Positions 37,639 to 48,744 are shown, numbered from the stretch's first letter. The stretch is 64,000 nt of DNA from an uncultured virus (IMG/VR IMGVR_UViG_3300029258_004075) (IMGVR_UViG_3300029258_004075); one strand, 5' to 3'. Numbers and translations: made by a program. Notes: generated from the sequence alone by a model not told the origin.

Positions 37639-37757
37639 ATATATCAAACATTATAATTAGTGAAGCAATATGATAATATGCTCAAAATGTAAAAAGAATA
37701 TCACGAAACAAAACTTTTGGACGCACAAACACAATGAATACGAATTTGTTGATTAAT

Positions 37758-38237
37758 ATGAAACTGAAATGCCCAAAATGTGGAAAGGAAACATACAAAG
37801 TACGCAAATCAAAAGAAGGACATATATGGAAATGCTCTTCTTGCAACTACAGAAAGGTAAACAAAACAGCAGAGCTCCTTCTTAAAGAAGACCCAATAAC
37901 AGGAAAGCTTAAAAGAGAAATAGATAAGATTGAAAAGAAGTATGAAGAAGAGCAAGAAAGAATCAAAGGAAAGAATAAAAACAAAAACATTATAAAGACA
38001 AATACTATAATTAATAGAATACAGAAAGAATTTAAAGGAATAACATCATATTACAACAACTACGAGCATGTAATTAAGCATAAGAAAAAGAATATTTGCT
38101 ACATTGCTCAGAGGAAATACGGTGTTGCCGTAACGCTGTGGAAGACTGGGATGAAGAACTATTGGACTGAACGAGTGGTGAGCGAAAAAGACATCGAACA
38201 CGTCCTATCTTTATTGGAGGAAAGAATAAATGGCTAA
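37758..38237 (+). CDS. Zn-ribbon protein
   Basis: CPKCG...CSSC. Confidence 0.65.
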   Translation: MKLKCPKCGKETYKVRKSKEGHIWKCSSCNYRKVNKTAELLLKEDPITGKLKREIDKIEKKYEEEQERIKGKNKNKNIIKTNTIINRIQKEFKGITSYYNNYEHVIKHKKKNICYIAQRKYGVAVTLWKTGMKNYWTERVVSEKDIEHVLSLLEERING

Positions 38238-38787
38238 AAAATATCAAACAGGCATACAGGAAACTGTCCTTACCGTGATACAAGAAAGCGCTAAAGCGCA
38301 ACTTCCTTTTATCAAAAAGAAGGATATTCTAACCCGCGTTTCCGAGTTACGTGAAGATATATCAGAAGATGAGCTTGAACCAAAGGTCAGTCAAGCCCTT
38401 TATCAATTAAACAAGAACAAGAAATACCGAAAAAAGAAAATTAGAAAATTTGTTGATAAAGACAATAATTCTTTAGGTTGGACCATAGCATCAGAAGAAA
38501 AGCGCTATATGCTTGACCAACTTCCTGATGCATTTGATAAACTCAATAGAAGAATATCATACAAAAAGAGACAGGACATGCGTTGTCCTGAATGTGGTGG
38601 AAGAATTATTAGAAAAAAGGCTCCCTACATTTACAAGGACATACATCTTGGTTGGCACATGGCAGAATACTGCATGAACTGCGGAACAATCTACTTCCCA
38701 TATGAAGCAATTAAGCAAGTTTTTGAAAGAGCAAAGAAAATGGGTGTTTTAGATGAAGATAAAGAACTGCAAGACGTTACTTATTGA
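38230..38787 (+). CDS. putative DNA-binding protein with C-terminal Zn finger
   Basis: CPECGG...CMNCG. Confidence 0.6.
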   Translation: MAKKYQTGIQETVLTVIQESAKAQLPFIKKKDILTRVSELREDISEDELEPKVSQALYQLNKNKKYRKKKIRKFVDKDNNSLGWTIASEEKRYMLDQLPDAFDKLNRRISYKKRQDMRCPECGGRIIRKKAPYIYKDIHLGWHMAEYCMNCGTIYFPYEAIKQVFERAKKMGVLDEDKELQDVTY

Positions 38788-39592
38788 CGGTCCTTTCATA
38801 GCGCATCGCTCATACGGAGGAAAGTACCGCTTAACGACATCAACAGGATTAGACTCAACGCTAATAAGTGGATTTTTACAATCTCTACGAAAGGCAAAAG
38901 AAGAATTTAATCCAGAGAAGACAATCATTGCATGGGAATCAAAAGGATATGGTTCTTGGCGTAGCAACCTCTACAAAAGTTACAAAGCAAACAGAATTTA
39001 TCATCATCCAGATTATCTAGACCAGCAAGAAGACATAAAATCAATCCTCAATCATCTTAATTATCCACAATATACAACTAAAGACTCAGAAGCAGATGAC
39101 ATTTTAGCACGCTGCGCTAAAGAAGAAACAAAACCCGTCATTATATACACCAATGACAAAGACATGATGCAATTGGTGCAAGAAGGAGTTTATGTATGGA
39201 CTGGTAAACAATTATTCGATACAGAAAAAGTCATTGAGAAATACCGTGTACACCCCAATCAAATACCAGACCTTCTTGCTGTTGGTGGTGACAGCGCTGA
39301 CAACATCGACGGAATTAAGAATTATGGACCAGTCAAAGCGTCCAGACTACTCAAGAAGTTCGAGCACATAGAGGATATTCCAGATGATAACATTCTTTCC
39401 AAATACAAACAGCGCTTAGCACTGTTTAAATCTATAACCAAACTCAAAAGTGACTGCACTCTCATTCCCGTTGAAAACAGTGACGATAATGACCTATCAC
39501 ATTTCCTTAATAAATACGAATTAAAGAAAATAAGTCAAAACATAAATGACTATAAAAATAAACAAACAATATCACTTAGTAAATGGATATAA
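38753..39592 (+). CDS. 5'-3' exonuclease / flap endonuclease (PolA N-terminal type)
   Basis: LLIDG; YKANR; EADD; DKD; GDSADNIDG. Confidence 0.85.
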   Translation: MKIKNCKTLLIDGPFIAHRSYGGKYRLTTSTGLDSTLISGFLQSLRKAKEEFNPEKTIIAWESKGYGSWRSNLYKSYKANRIYHHPDYLDQQEDIKSILNHLNYPQYTTKDSEADDILARCAKEETKPVIIYTNDKDMMQLVQEGVYVWTGKQLFDTEKVIEKYRVHPNQIPDLLAVGGDSADNIDGIKNYGPVKASRLLKKFEHIEDIPDDNILSKYKQRLALFKSITKLKSDCTLIPVENSDDNDLSHFLNKYELKKISQNINDYKNKQTISLSKWI

Positions 39593-39779
39593 TATTAAGC
39601 GTTGTGAGGTGGTAAACAATGTTAGAAAAAATAAAAGAAAAGAAATTGCTTATTCTCGGTTCATCAATTACAGCAGGAGGAGTAATAACTGTATTTTTTA
39701 GTCTTTTGCATATCCTTATTGCAACAGCAATCACACTAACTGGATTAACAATCTTATCAGCATACGGAGAAGAGAAAAA

Positions 39780-40280
39780 ATGAAAGAAGAAAAATCACTA
39801 GGTTTAGAAAAGAAACTCGAGAATATGGACCCAAAGAAAAAGAAACTCTTCAATAATATCCTTAGTGTAGGAATCATATTTTCTTGTATTTACGGTTTAT
39901 TATCGTTTATCATGACATACACAAGAACAAACAGTCTCATGAAATACTTCAGCACTGGCGATTTCATCACAGTCGTTATCCTTCTCGTATTTTGCGGTCT
40001 CGGCTACAAAATACTAAACGGAGGAACATTTCATGTTCCGGACGAATTTAGTAAGAAAAAACAGACCCAAAAACAGCAGTTCAACATGCCTAATGTTTGG
40101 GGTGTTCAATCTATGAGTAAAAAAGAAAGAACATCCAAAACAAAACCGGAAAGCGTTGCAAAAAGGAAAAGAATCAAAGTGAAAAGAAAGAGGCCTCAGC
40201 AACAAGGAGCATGGAAATGTCCAAATTGTGGAGAATTCACCGTTGGAAATCAATGTAGGAGTTGTGGTTATAGTAGATGA
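39780..40280 (+). CDS. membrane protein with C-terminal Zn ribbon
   Basis: 2 TM; WKCPNCG...CRSCG. Confidence 0.65.
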   Translation: MKEEKSLGLEKKLENMDPKKKKLFNNILSVGIIFSCIYGLLSFIMTYTRTNSLMKYFSTGDFITVVILLVFCGLGYKILNGGTFHVPDEFSKKKQTQKQQFNMPNVWGVQSMSKKERTSKTKPESVAKRKRIKVKRKRPQQQGAWKCPNCGEFTVGNQCRSCGYSR

Positions 40281-40516
40281 GACAATGTCCTCATTGTGGT
40301 GGACCAGCAAAATTTATTCGTTATGAGCATGAGCATACAGGTTTGATATTTGGAAAAACATGTAAAGTCTATAAATGCGAAAATTGTGAAGCGGAATGGA
40401 AAGTAAAGAGAACGGAATAATATGCCTATAATTAGAGTTAAACTATTAAAAAAACAAAAAGGTTTATATATCAACTAATACATTTACAATTAAAACGAAT
40501 AAGAAAGGGAATTAAA

Positions 40517-41392
40517 ATGATAGAAGTCGGAAAAGCATACATTTGGGAACTGAAACAAGGAATACCAACGAAACTCCTTATCAAGCAAGGAGACTCTACG
40601 TTACTCGTCGATATAGAAGATATTAGGTACATAGACCATAAGGACCTAACAAAGCATAAACCAAATGTAACAACCAAATCAAAAAAGACGCAGAAGAAAG
40701 CACAATCAACGGAAAAAGGACCAGTTGTCGACTACGTAAAAAGCGGTAATAAAAAATATCCAATTTTTAAGAATGTTTTAGAAGCATATGAGCAGGTTAG
40801 AAACGAAGACTATAAGAAGATACTTACAACCCTCCATCAGTTTTTTCCACAAAGCAAAATCAGTTCTATGACCGTTCAAAAATCATTTTACGAACGATAC
40901 ATCAAACAGCGCGGTCTAAAACCAGGTAAAACAATTATGACTATTAATGGCAATCCAATTCAACAAAACATCGTTAAAGAAATTAGAAAGCAGGGCGTTA
41001 ACATAAAAACAGATACAATTAAACCAATCATACGCAAGTTTAGACCCAATTTAGCAGAGGCAACATTAAAAACATATGCATCAGCATACAGAACCTATTT
41101 CAGCAAAAACAAAAGAAAGCTTAAACTGAAATCAAAAAGACAAAGACCAAAAGATGCTGCAGGTTACTCTAGCACATATCGTACATGGGTAAGCCAAGAC
41201 GAACTTTCCCTTGTGAAAAGAGAACTACACAAATTTGGATTTAAAGCAACAACAAAATCAATAGCCGAAGACACTCGGTTGCCAGAACAAAGAGTAAGAG
41301 CAACGCTTCGGTTTATGATAGACCAGGACATGGCATATTCCGAACTAGACGATAACCTTGTCCCAGTTTATCATCCAGCAAAAAGTAAATAA
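40517..41392 (+). CDS. basic protein, possible C-terminal HTH
   Basis: TTKSIAEDTRLPEQRVRATL. Confidence 0.6.
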   Translation: MIEVGKAYIWELKQGIPTKLLIKQGDSTLLVDIEDIRYIDHKDLTKHKPNVTTKSKKTQKKAQSTEKGPVVDYVKSGNKKYPIFKNVLEAYEQVRNEDYKKILTTLHQFFPQSKISSMTVQKSFYERYIKQRGLKPGKTIMTINGNPIQQNIVKEIRKQGVNIKTDTIKPIIRKFRPNLAEATLKTYASAYRTYFSKNKRKLKLKSKRQRPKDAAGYSSTYRTWVSQDELSLVKRELHKFGFKATTKSIAEDTRLPEQRVRATLRFMIDQDMAYSELDDNLVPVYHPAKSK

Positions 41393-41453
41393 AACAAGCA
41401 AGTGAGAGAAAGAATAAGACCCTTTCTTATTCCTTTCTTTCTAACTAAGTGAG

Positions 41454-41882
41454 GTGGTGAGCATGAAATACAAGATAGTGGTTAATGGGAAACCCCAAAC
41501 AAAACAGAGACCTGAGTTTTCCAGAAGAGGAGGAAAATTCAGAACGTACACACCAGCAAAGACAATGAAGTATGAAAAGAAAGTCAAAGAAGCGGTGAGG
41601 AAAGTAATGAAAAAGCCGTTAGAAGGACCGGTATCACTAACGCTACACTTTTATTTGCATAGACCCCAGCGATTAATCTGGAACGACAAACCAATGCCAC
41701 CTTGTTACACGGACAAACGTCCAGACATTGACAACCTTATCAAAGGAGTTGTTGATGGAATGAATGGTGTTGCCTTTAAGGACGACAATCAAATTGCAAA
41801 ACTTGTCGCCCATAAGCAATATCATAGCGCAGAAACAAACATGCGTGTTGAAATAAACATAGAATGCATTCGAGATGAATAA
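41454..41882 (+). CDS. rusA: RusA-family Holliday junction resolvase
   Basis: PDIDNLIKGVVDGMNG..FKDDNQI. Confidence 0.85.
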   Translation: MVSMKYKIVVNGKPQTKQRPEFSRRGGKFRTYTPAKTMKYEKKVKEAVRKVMKKPLEGPVSLTLHFYLHRPQRLIWNDKPMPPCYTDKRPDIDNLIKGVVDGMNGVAFKDDNQIAKLVAHKQYHSAETNMRVEINIECIRDE

Positions 41883-41960
41883 AGGTAGGAGACATTTTTA
41901 AGAAAGTTTGTTATCCCATCTTTCCCATCCATCCACCCTTTCTACCTTTCATTAAATCGG

Positions 41961-42305
41961 ATGTGTTCTATCACCGGAGGAACACAAACAATGTATTTGA
42001 AACCGCTTGATTATTGCCTGAAAAACAAAATAATGCAGATAGAGACGGAAAACCTTAAAAAATATGATAAGGAAGGAGCAGTTCTTCACGTTTTTGGAAA
42101 AGAGAAAATTGTAGATACGCTATATCAAAACCTTCAAAAAGAAATGGAAGTATCAACCTGTGAGGAAGTATCACACCGTTGTAGGAAAGAAATGTGGATA
42201 CCACTTGACGGACCGTTAGAAAAGATAAAACATGTAGCAGAATACGTTAATACATTCAACGGTGATAGAAAAAATAAACTGCTATGCGAAGTATATTCAG
42301 TGTGA
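41961..42305 (+). CDS. hypothetical protein
   Basis: ORF; probable start at 41991 after GGAGG. Confidence 0.6.
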   Translation: MCSITGGTQTMYLKPLDYCLKNKIMQIETENLKKYDKEGAVLHVFGKEKIVDTLYQNLQKEMEVSTCEEVSHRCRKEMWIPLDGPLEKIKHVAEYVNTFNGDRKNKLLCEVYSV

Positions 42306-42309
42306 GAAC

Positions 42310-42684
42310 ATGTCCAACAAAATAAAGATTATCAAACGGGGAAAACAGTGTTTCGTACACTACAAATACGACAACACATTCATAGAAATCATGCGAGAGA
42401 ACGGTGGATGGTGGAGACGCAAAGAGAAGGCATGGACGTTTCCTGTTGGACAAGCAAGTGATATCTATAATCAGTTAAAAGAAGAAGGGTTCAAAGTAGA
42501 CCTACTCAAAGAAAAAACGAAGAGCAAAACCAAGAAAAAGAAGCAAGAAGTATCTTCAGAAAACCTTTCTTTTGAAGACCGTTTTAAGGACCCAGACGTG
42601 ATTATGGTATATGATAATTGTAAATCATGTAAACAGAAGAAATTCGTAAACGAAGATAAACTCTGCTCAGAATGCAACATCTAA
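42310..42684 (+). CDS. hypothetical protein (HARP-like N-terminus, Zn finger)
   Basis: GWWRRKEKAWTFP; CKSC...CSEC. Confidence 0.55.
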   Translation: MSNKIKIIKRGKQCFVHYKYDNTFIEIMRENGGWWRRKEKAWTFPVGQASDIYNQLKEEGFKVDLLKEKTKSKTKKKKQEVSSENLSFEDRFKDPDVIMVYDNCKSCKQKKFVNEDKLCSECNI

Positions 42685-42852
42685 TTTTTTTAAGAATATT
42701 TATTCCTTCAATAATATACATGTGATAAAAATTAAAAAGGTTTTTATTGGCATTTGATATATTGTAATTACGCTTAACTTGTGTTGATGGTGAGACACAA
42801 TCACTTTTTCTCAGCACAGCCTGGCGTGTCCTCTTTATGAGGTGGTGAGCAC

Positions 42853-44223
42853 ATAACGAAGAAGTATTTAGACAGAAAGGAATATGGAACCAAACTCATA
42901 AAAGACTATATACATTATTTTAGCCAATCATCAATTAAGAACGAACTTTACGGCAAAATATCATTACATGTTATTCTAGGACAAGCACTCAAAAACGTAC
43001 ACTATAAAATGGGAAACCGAAAGATTGATATTAGACTTCACCTTTTACTCATTAAACCGCAAGGCACAGGTAAAGGAGCGGGGTTTGGTGTAGCCAAAGA
43101 CTTTGCCCAATCACTTGGTCTTGATTTTCAAACATTAACAGAATCTACTGACGCTGGTCTAGTAGGAACACTTGATTACGATGAAGCAGAACGCGAACAA
43201 GTCATTGTTCCTGGTTTGTTGCAAACAGCAGACATCGTTGCTATGGAGGAAGCGTCAGTTCTTTTTGATTTAGCATCGGACTTTTCTAAGAAGAACATGA
43301 CATTAATGCAAATTACAATGAACAACCTTGCTGATGAATCCTGTCATATCGACAAGAAACTCGGTTCAGAACTTATTTCTTTTAAACCCCACGCTTCCTT
43401 CCTATTAACAACGTATCCTCCAGACCAATTGGCAGATAAGGTTGTGAAAACCGGATTCCTTGACCGTATGATAGCAGTGTTCGAAGATGTCACCCTTGAG
43501 GACCGTTTAGATGTCATTAAGCAACTTGCCGAAAAAATCAATTCTATATCTAGTGAGGAAAGCGCTCAAGAATTTGACAACATCAACAAACGACTCCAAC
43601 GCGTAACCGAGTTTGCTAACAAGCATGTCCCTAATCAATGCATGACTATCCCAGACGACGTACAAAAACTACTCATACAAGTGATTGAAGAACTGGCGGT
43701 CAAAATCCTAGACGCTTCTCCAAAAGCCCGTGAAAAACTCGAACACTTTATTAGCCGTTTATATGAAACACTACTCAAATTAGCAATACATCATGCCCTC
43801 CTTTCCTTAAGAAATACTGTTTCTATTCAAGACGTCCTATATGCCCGTCTAACCTTTTTACCAATTTGGACAAACCTAATCATTAGTATGGAATCCCTTC
43901 TCATCATTTCCAGCAAAGAAAGAGCCCGTCGCCATCAAGTCATCCGACAAGCACTTAAAGAGTATGACCAACAAATCAAAGAAGGGACATTCGTCAGAAA
44001 AAGCATTTGGGTTCGTCGTATGTCTATGCTCGATAACCTTCGTGTCCTTTGGGATAACTGTTCCATTGAGACAGCAGACAAGTTATTAAATCGCATTGAA
44101 AAAGTTCCTAAGACATCATACGAAAAATTCCTAAAGACTAAAGCATACACCCAAGACAAGTTCTTTGAGAGAAGAACATTTGGTGGTGTAGCATACGTTA
44201 GAAAGATACGCAAAATAAAGTGA
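42853..44223 (+). CDS. MCM-like AAA+ helicase (short), probable ATA start
   Basis: RLHLLL..PQGTGKG; TDAGLVG; PGLL..ADIVAMEE; LDR; frame open back to the ATA after GAGGTGGTGA. Confidence 0.65.
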   Translation: MTKKYLDRKEYGTKLIKDYIHYFSQSSIKNELYGKISLHVILGQALKNVHYKMGNRKIDIRLHLLLIKPQGTGKGAGFGVAKDFAQSLGLDFQTLTESTDAGLVGTLDYDEAEREQVIVPGLLQTADIVAMEEASVLFDLASDFSKKNMTLMQITMNNLADESCHIDKKLGSELISFKPHASFLLTTYPPDQLADKVVKTGFLDRMIAVFEDVTLEDRLDVIKQLAEKINSISSEESAQEFDNINKRLQRVTEFANKHVPNQCMTIPDDVQKLLIQVIEELAVKILDASPKAREKLEHFISRLYETLLKLAIHHALLSLRNTVSIQDVLYARLTFLPIWTNLIISMESLLIISSKERARRHQVIRQALKEYDQQIKEGTFVRKSIWVRRMSMLDNLRVLWDNCSIETADKLLNRIEKVPKTSYEKFLKTKAYTQDKFFERRTFGGVAYVRKIRKIK

Positions 44224-44232
44224 GGAAAGTAT

Positions 44233-44622
44233 ATGAAGAAAGAAGAAATTATACCAAAATGGATGTTTAATCATCTACAGAAACAAAGTCAAAGAGCAAG
44301 AGACCAAGCAATTTCACAATTAAAGAGAAAAGTCAATGACATCAAACAGGAAGTAAGAAACGAAGTAGCATGGGATTTCGTCATGAACAAAACAGTTAGT
44401 GAATGCTTCAATTATAACGATGAAACGTGGAATTATCCAAGCTTCTCTTTACAAACTCGAACCAAGAAACAAATCAAAGAAATGCAAGACGCAGCAACAG
44501 AAGAAACTGTTGAACCGCTTATAAAGAAGATTAATGACATTAAACGCAGATATAATCAATGGGAGAATGATATTCTCTCTGGAAAAATAAAAAGGCAAAA
44601 CGCTAAAAAATTTGAACCATAA
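44233..44622 (+). CDS. hypothetical helical protein
   Basis: GAGG RBS. Confidence 0.65.
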   Translation: MKKEEIIPKWMFNHLQKQSQRARDQAISQLKRKVNDIKQEVRNEVAWDFVMNKTVSECFNYNDETWNYPSFSLQTRTKKQIKEMQDAATEETVEPLIKKINDIKRRYNQWENDILSGKIKRQNAKKFEP

Positions 44623-44633
44623 AAGGTGAAAGA

Positions 44634-45668
44634 ATGGCACAAGTACCAAAAGACATACAAGAAAACATAATAGAATTAGCAAAGGCAGTTGAAATCGAAC
44701 CAAAAGAACTCATGAATCGCTTGAAGGAAATCATGGAAGAAGATGAAAACATTCAAGCAATGGGTGAAGGTGAAACTAAAGAGCAAAAGGAAAAGATTAA
44801 ATTATTCAAAGTCCGCTTTGCATGGTCAGTCCTATACCGTGAATACACAACATCTGGAGCGACGAGTGACTTCTACTTTATGCCTATCAAACATGCAAAC
44901 CCACGTGAAATAACGGTAAAAGGAAAACCATCATACGTCGGTGATATTGCAGGATTAGTACAAAAGATTGAGAATGAAGGAGATGACCTTGTTGCAGGAG
45001 ACATCCAGTACGCAGCAGGAACATTCTGGAGAAAAGGTGCAAAGAACCTCAAAGACCTTGAACCTGGAAAAGTTTATCGCACATCACTTATTGCAAACGA
45101 GCAGGATTGGGGGTTAGAAATCACATCTGACAAAGCAAACTTTGTTCCAGTCGATTACAAGATGCCAAAAACCTTCGAAGAATTCTATGAAGAAGAAATT
45201 AATCCTCGTGGTGTCGAAATACCACTCAAAGATATGGATATTAGCGAAAGCGAGTTTCCAACCGACATCCGTGTCATCGAAGCAACGGTAACTGATGTTA
45301 TTAAAGGGGAAAAGAACGGCAGAGAATATGCATTCTATACTGTCATGGACCCAACCATTATTGGTGGAAACAGGACTGTCTTTATGGACCCACGAGATGT
45401 TACCTATGCGCAAGGTTCAATCTTAAAGTTCGGAGGAACTATCACTATTGACGAGAACTCCGAAGAACCACGCTGGACACCTCACTTCCAACTTCCGACT
45501 GATATGGCAATGGAACAAGAGATAGTCATTAAACCGGTAGATGAAGAAGAGGCAGTGTCTCCTGAGGAAAACACCGTGGACATTTCAGAAGAAGAAGAGG
45601 AACCTAAAAAAGAAAAAGAAGAAAAGAAAGACGATTCCGACGAAGACGAAAACTTATTTGAAATCTAA
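44634..45668 (+). CDS. putative ssDNA-binding (OB-fold/RPA-like) protein
   Basis: Acidic C-terminal tail ending NLFEI; replication context; YTVMDPT. Confidence 0.4.
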   Translation: MAQVPKDIQENIIELAKAVEIEPKELMNRLKEIMEEDENIQAMGEGETKEQKEKIKLFKVRFAWSVLYREYTTSGATSDFYFMPIKHANPREITVKGKPSYVGDIAGLVQKIENEGDDLVAGDIQYAAGTFWRKGAKNLKDLEPGKVYRTSLIANEQDWGLEITSDKANFVPVDYKMPKTFEEFYEEEINPRGVEIPLKDMDISESEFPTDIRVIEATVTDVIKGEKNGREYAFYTVMDPTIIGGNRTVFMDPRDVTYAQGSILKFGGTITIDENSEEPRWTPHFQLPTDMAMEQEIVIKPVDEEEAVSPEENTVDISEEEEEPKKEKEEKKDDSDEDENLFEI

Positions 45669-45691
45669 GGACAAAAAAACCTGGTGTTGTT

Positions 45692-46621
45692 ATGACGAAA
45701 GAGGTAACAGAAACAAAACCACAGACATGGTGTGCTTGCGGTTGCGGACAATTAACAATGCCAGGAAATATTTTTATCAAATATCATCACGTTAGAGTAA
45801 ATAATCCAATGAATAATCCTAAGAGTGTAGAAAAACTTAAAGGAGAAAATAATCCATCCAAGCGACCAGAGGTGAGGAAAAAGATTTCCAAAGCGCTAAC
45901 AGGATATAAGCATACTAAACAAGCAAAAAAGAATATGAAAAAAGCGCAATTGCAGAGAAAAAACAAGAACCAAAAAGCTTGGAAGGATATGTCAAGAAAA
46001 GGTGCTATTAATAACCGAAAAAAGCATCCAGAATTATTCGAGAAAACACTGCAAAAATATTATCAGGAAAATCCTGAAAAGAGAAAAGAAAATGCAGCTT
46101 TCTTTCAAAAGAGATGGAAGGAGCAACAACCAGAACAATTTAAGAGAACGAAAAGAAAGTGTGTTAGAGCGATGCTCGAGAGAAGAAAACAAATGAAAAA
46201 AGAAAACCCAAAAAAATATCACATGATATATTCAAAAGCAGCACAAAAGAGATTAGAGAAGATAAGAAAAGACAGTCCTTTTAAATGGAAGAATGTCGGT
46301 TTCTTGTCTAAAATGGAAAGAGAGTGTGCTAAGCTTTTACTTTCTTCTCCTAAAGAAGGGATAAATTGTCACGTGAAAGTAGGAAGAAAAATAATAGATT
46401 TTTTTCCAACTGATAATGATTTATTCTTTCAGAACAGTTTTGTCGAGTTTCATCCTTGGGATTGGGAAGGACTTACTACACAGCAGTATTATGAAAACAG
46501 GAAGAAGGTAATCGATTCTTCTTCTTATAAAGGAACACAACTTATTGTTATTGATGATTTAAAGCAACTAAAAGAGATGGTGAAAAATGGTAAAACAGAA
46601 AAAGAATGTGAAAAAAACTGA
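45692..46621 (+). CDS. free-standing homing-endonuclease-like protein (NUMOD3-like plus PD-(D/E)xK-like)
   Basis: CACGCG; GENNPSKRPEVRKKIS; KHTKQAK; IDFF...FVEF. Confidence 0.6.
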   Translation: MTKEVTETKPQTWCACGCGQLTMPGNIFIKYHHVRVNNPMNNPKSVEKLKGENNPSKRPEVRKKISKALTGYKHTKQAKKNMKKAQLQRKNKNQKAWKDMSRKGAINNRKKHPELFEKTLQKYYQENPEKRKENAAFFQKRWKEQQPEQFKRTKRKCVRAMLERRKQMKKENPKKYHMIYSKAAQKRLEKIRKDSPFKWKNVGFLSKMERECAKLLLSSPKEGINCHVKVGRKIIDFFPTDNDLFFQNSFVEFHPWDWEGLTTQQYYENRKKVIDSSSYKGTQLIVIDDLKQLKEMVKNGKTEKECEKN

Positions 46622-47663
46622 AGCAGATAGTTTATGGAATCAGTCTTCGACACCTATTAAATTAAAGGACTATTCTAAGAACACAGTAGACACAGAAAAG
46701 CTCCTTATTTTTAGTGAAACAGGAGCCGGAAAGACTACATTTTATCTAGATATCATAAAATATCTAAAAAAGAAAGGTCTTAAGCCGGAAAAATTCAAGA
46801 TGATGATTTGTTATCCTGATAGACCTTCAGGAATATCAAAACTTTTCCCTTCAATACCGGAGGAGTTTAAGGATAGACTGGACATTTTTCCTGTAAGTAA
46901 CTATGAGGAAACAATTAGAGCAACAGCAACAATTACACAAGAGTTAGATAAACACTTCAAGGAAACAGGAGTGCATGGATGGGCTGTCTTTGAGCTAATG
47001 GAAAATTATTGGACATTTTCTCAAGATTACTATTGCAGAAAGGCATATGGGGAAACAATGGCAGATTACTTCACGGAAATGCAATCACTTATCGGTAAAG
47101 GAAAAGCAGAGAAGAAGACTGCATATGAAGCATTCGCTGGTCCATTCGGAGGTCCATGGCCTGCCATAAAGTTCCATCATAACTTTAATTGGATAGACAA
47201 ACTCAAAAGAATGCCTTTTAATATTGTATTTACATCCGAAATCAAACAAGAAGATAATAAGGATTCCGTTTTTTCTACGTTAGGTTATCGACCAGCAGGT
47301 GAAAAACACAATCAACACAAAATGGATACAATTCTTTATCTCGGTCATAAAAAGGTTGGAAGCAATTATAGATTCACAATGAAACCTTTTAAACTTACAG
47401 GATATAGAGCATTCTACTCAAAGGTTGATATAACAGACAAGATTGGTTATGAGGAGCACAAAAAAGCGTGCAAAAAACTTGAAGAAAAAGGGTACAAAGT
47501 AACCAAGATGAAAGACCTAGAGGAACAAGCCGAAATTAATCCACCAAAACGGAAAGAGGAGAAAAAAGAGAAGAAGGAAGAAAAACCTAAAGAAAAGAAA
47601 GAAGAAAAACCTGAACCTAAAAAAGAGGAAAAGAAAGAAAACGATGATATGTGGAGTATCTAA
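46587..47663 (+). CDS. P-loop ATPase (AAA_24/Sak4-like)
   Basis: SETGAGKTT; next to the SSB-like gene; charged tail. Confidence 0.55.
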   Translation: MVKQKKNVKKTEADSLWNQSSTPIKLKDYSKNTVDTEKLLIFSETGAGKTTFYLDIIKYLKKKGLKPEKFKMMICYPDRPSGISKLFPSIPEEFKDRLDIFPVSNYEETIRATATITQELDKHFKETGVHGWAVFELMENYWTFSQDYYCRKAYGETMADYFTEMQSLIGKGKAEKKTAYEAFAGPFGGPWPAIKFHHNFNWIDKLKRMPFNIVFTSEIKQEDNKDSVFSTLGYRPAGEKHNQHKMDTILYLGHKKVGSNYRFTMKPFKLTGYRAFYSKVDITDKIGYEEHKKACKKLEEKGYKVTKMKDLEEQAEINPPKRKEEKKEKKEEKPKEKKEEKPEPKKEEKKENDDMWSI

Positions 47664-47677
47664 AGGAGTTGAAAAAC

Positions 47678-48469
47678 ATGAAATTTACTTTAAAACAAGA
47701 AAAACTACAAGAAATGTTAGAGAAACTTATGCTCAAAAACGTGTTTCCTTCCTGCGTTTTGACTACGCGACCATATGGACTATTATCCATCCAGAAGGAC
47801 CCACATGCAAGAGCATTACGTCTTCTCAAATGTCAAAAAGGATATTTTGAAACCTTTGAAGGAGAAGAAGAGGAAACTATAGAGATAGCAGACATGGAGC
47901 AATTGCTTGGCTTAGTAAAGCGCTACACGCCAGGACAAACAATCAAATGCTACACCGAAGGAAACATGATGCACCTGGAAATGAAAAAAGAAGATGGTCG
48001 TAAAAGGAAATCAAAAGTTCCTCTACAAGAACCAGAAGAAGTCATCAAAGAAGTACCATTCAATAAAAACGAAGATGGTGACCCGCAAATTGGTAAAGAA
48101 GAAGAAGCAATGGTTGTTCTTGATAAAAAGATAGACATCAATTTGCAAGACTTCAGAGACATCATTGACTTTACTAATCCTCTTAAAACTGAATTCTACA
48201 AATTCATTACGGAAGATGGAAAAATGAATATTCGTGTTGGTGACCTGACAGAAAATAGCGCCGACACTGTTGAAGAAATGAATTGTAAAATGTTGAAAGG
48301 AGATTTCCTTGAAGTCATCTTTGCTTTTGGAATTACACAAATAGCAGAATCATTTACACAGGAAAACTTCCGTGTTAGAACAAACACTCATTCACCTGGT
48401 TGGTTCTTTGAAGGAGACAAAACATATACGCTCGGAGTATTACTGCCACCATTCACCTCAGAGGAATAG
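47678..48469 (+). CDS. PCNA-like sliding clamp
   Basis: ~263 aa, acidic; GLLSIQKDP..RAL..L...YFETF pattern; RFC present in the window. Confidence 0.55.
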   Translation: MKFTLKQEKLQEMLEKLMLKNVFPSCVLTTRPYGLLSIQKDPHARALRLLKCQKGYFETFEGEEEETIEIADMEQLLGLVKRYTPGQTIKCYTEGNMMHLEMKKEDGRKRKSKVPLQEPEEVIKEVPFNKNEDGDPQIGKEEEAMVVLDKKIDINLQDFRDIIDFTNPLKTEFYKFITEDGKMNIRVGDLTENSADTVEEMNCKMLKGDFLEVIFAFGITQIAESFTQENFRVRTNTHSPGWFFEGDKTYTLGVLLPPFTSEE

Positions 48470-48478
48470 GTGATATGA

Positions 48479-48739
48479 ATGCACAAACTCCGAATAAAGA
48501 AAAGGAATAAGCCACTTCAAGGATACGAAGACTTGGAAGAGGAGAAACAAACGAGAGACATACAAACGTACATTGTACGCTTCCAATCAAACGCAGGTGA
48601 AGAGTATTACCGAGAAATTGTTGTATTAGCAGAGAATCCAGTACAAGCCATACACAAATCAACAAAACAATTGCAACAGGAAGAAATAACAATCAATAAT
48701 GTCTCAGCTCAAGCAAAAGAAATCGACGTTCTGCAATAG
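48479..48739 (+). CDS. hypothetical protein
   Basis: AGGTGA RBS. Confidence 0.6.
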   Translation: MHKLRIKKRNKPLQGYEDLEEEKQTRDIQTYIVRFQSNAGEEYYREIVVLAENPVQAIHKSTKQLQQEEITINNVSAQAKEIDVLQ

Positions 48740-48744
48740 GTACA

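Noticed and set aside
42684..42850. Replication origin upstream of the MCM-like gene
   Set aside because: AT-rich with one hairpin but no iterons or ORB-like repeats; equally explained as terminator plus promoter.
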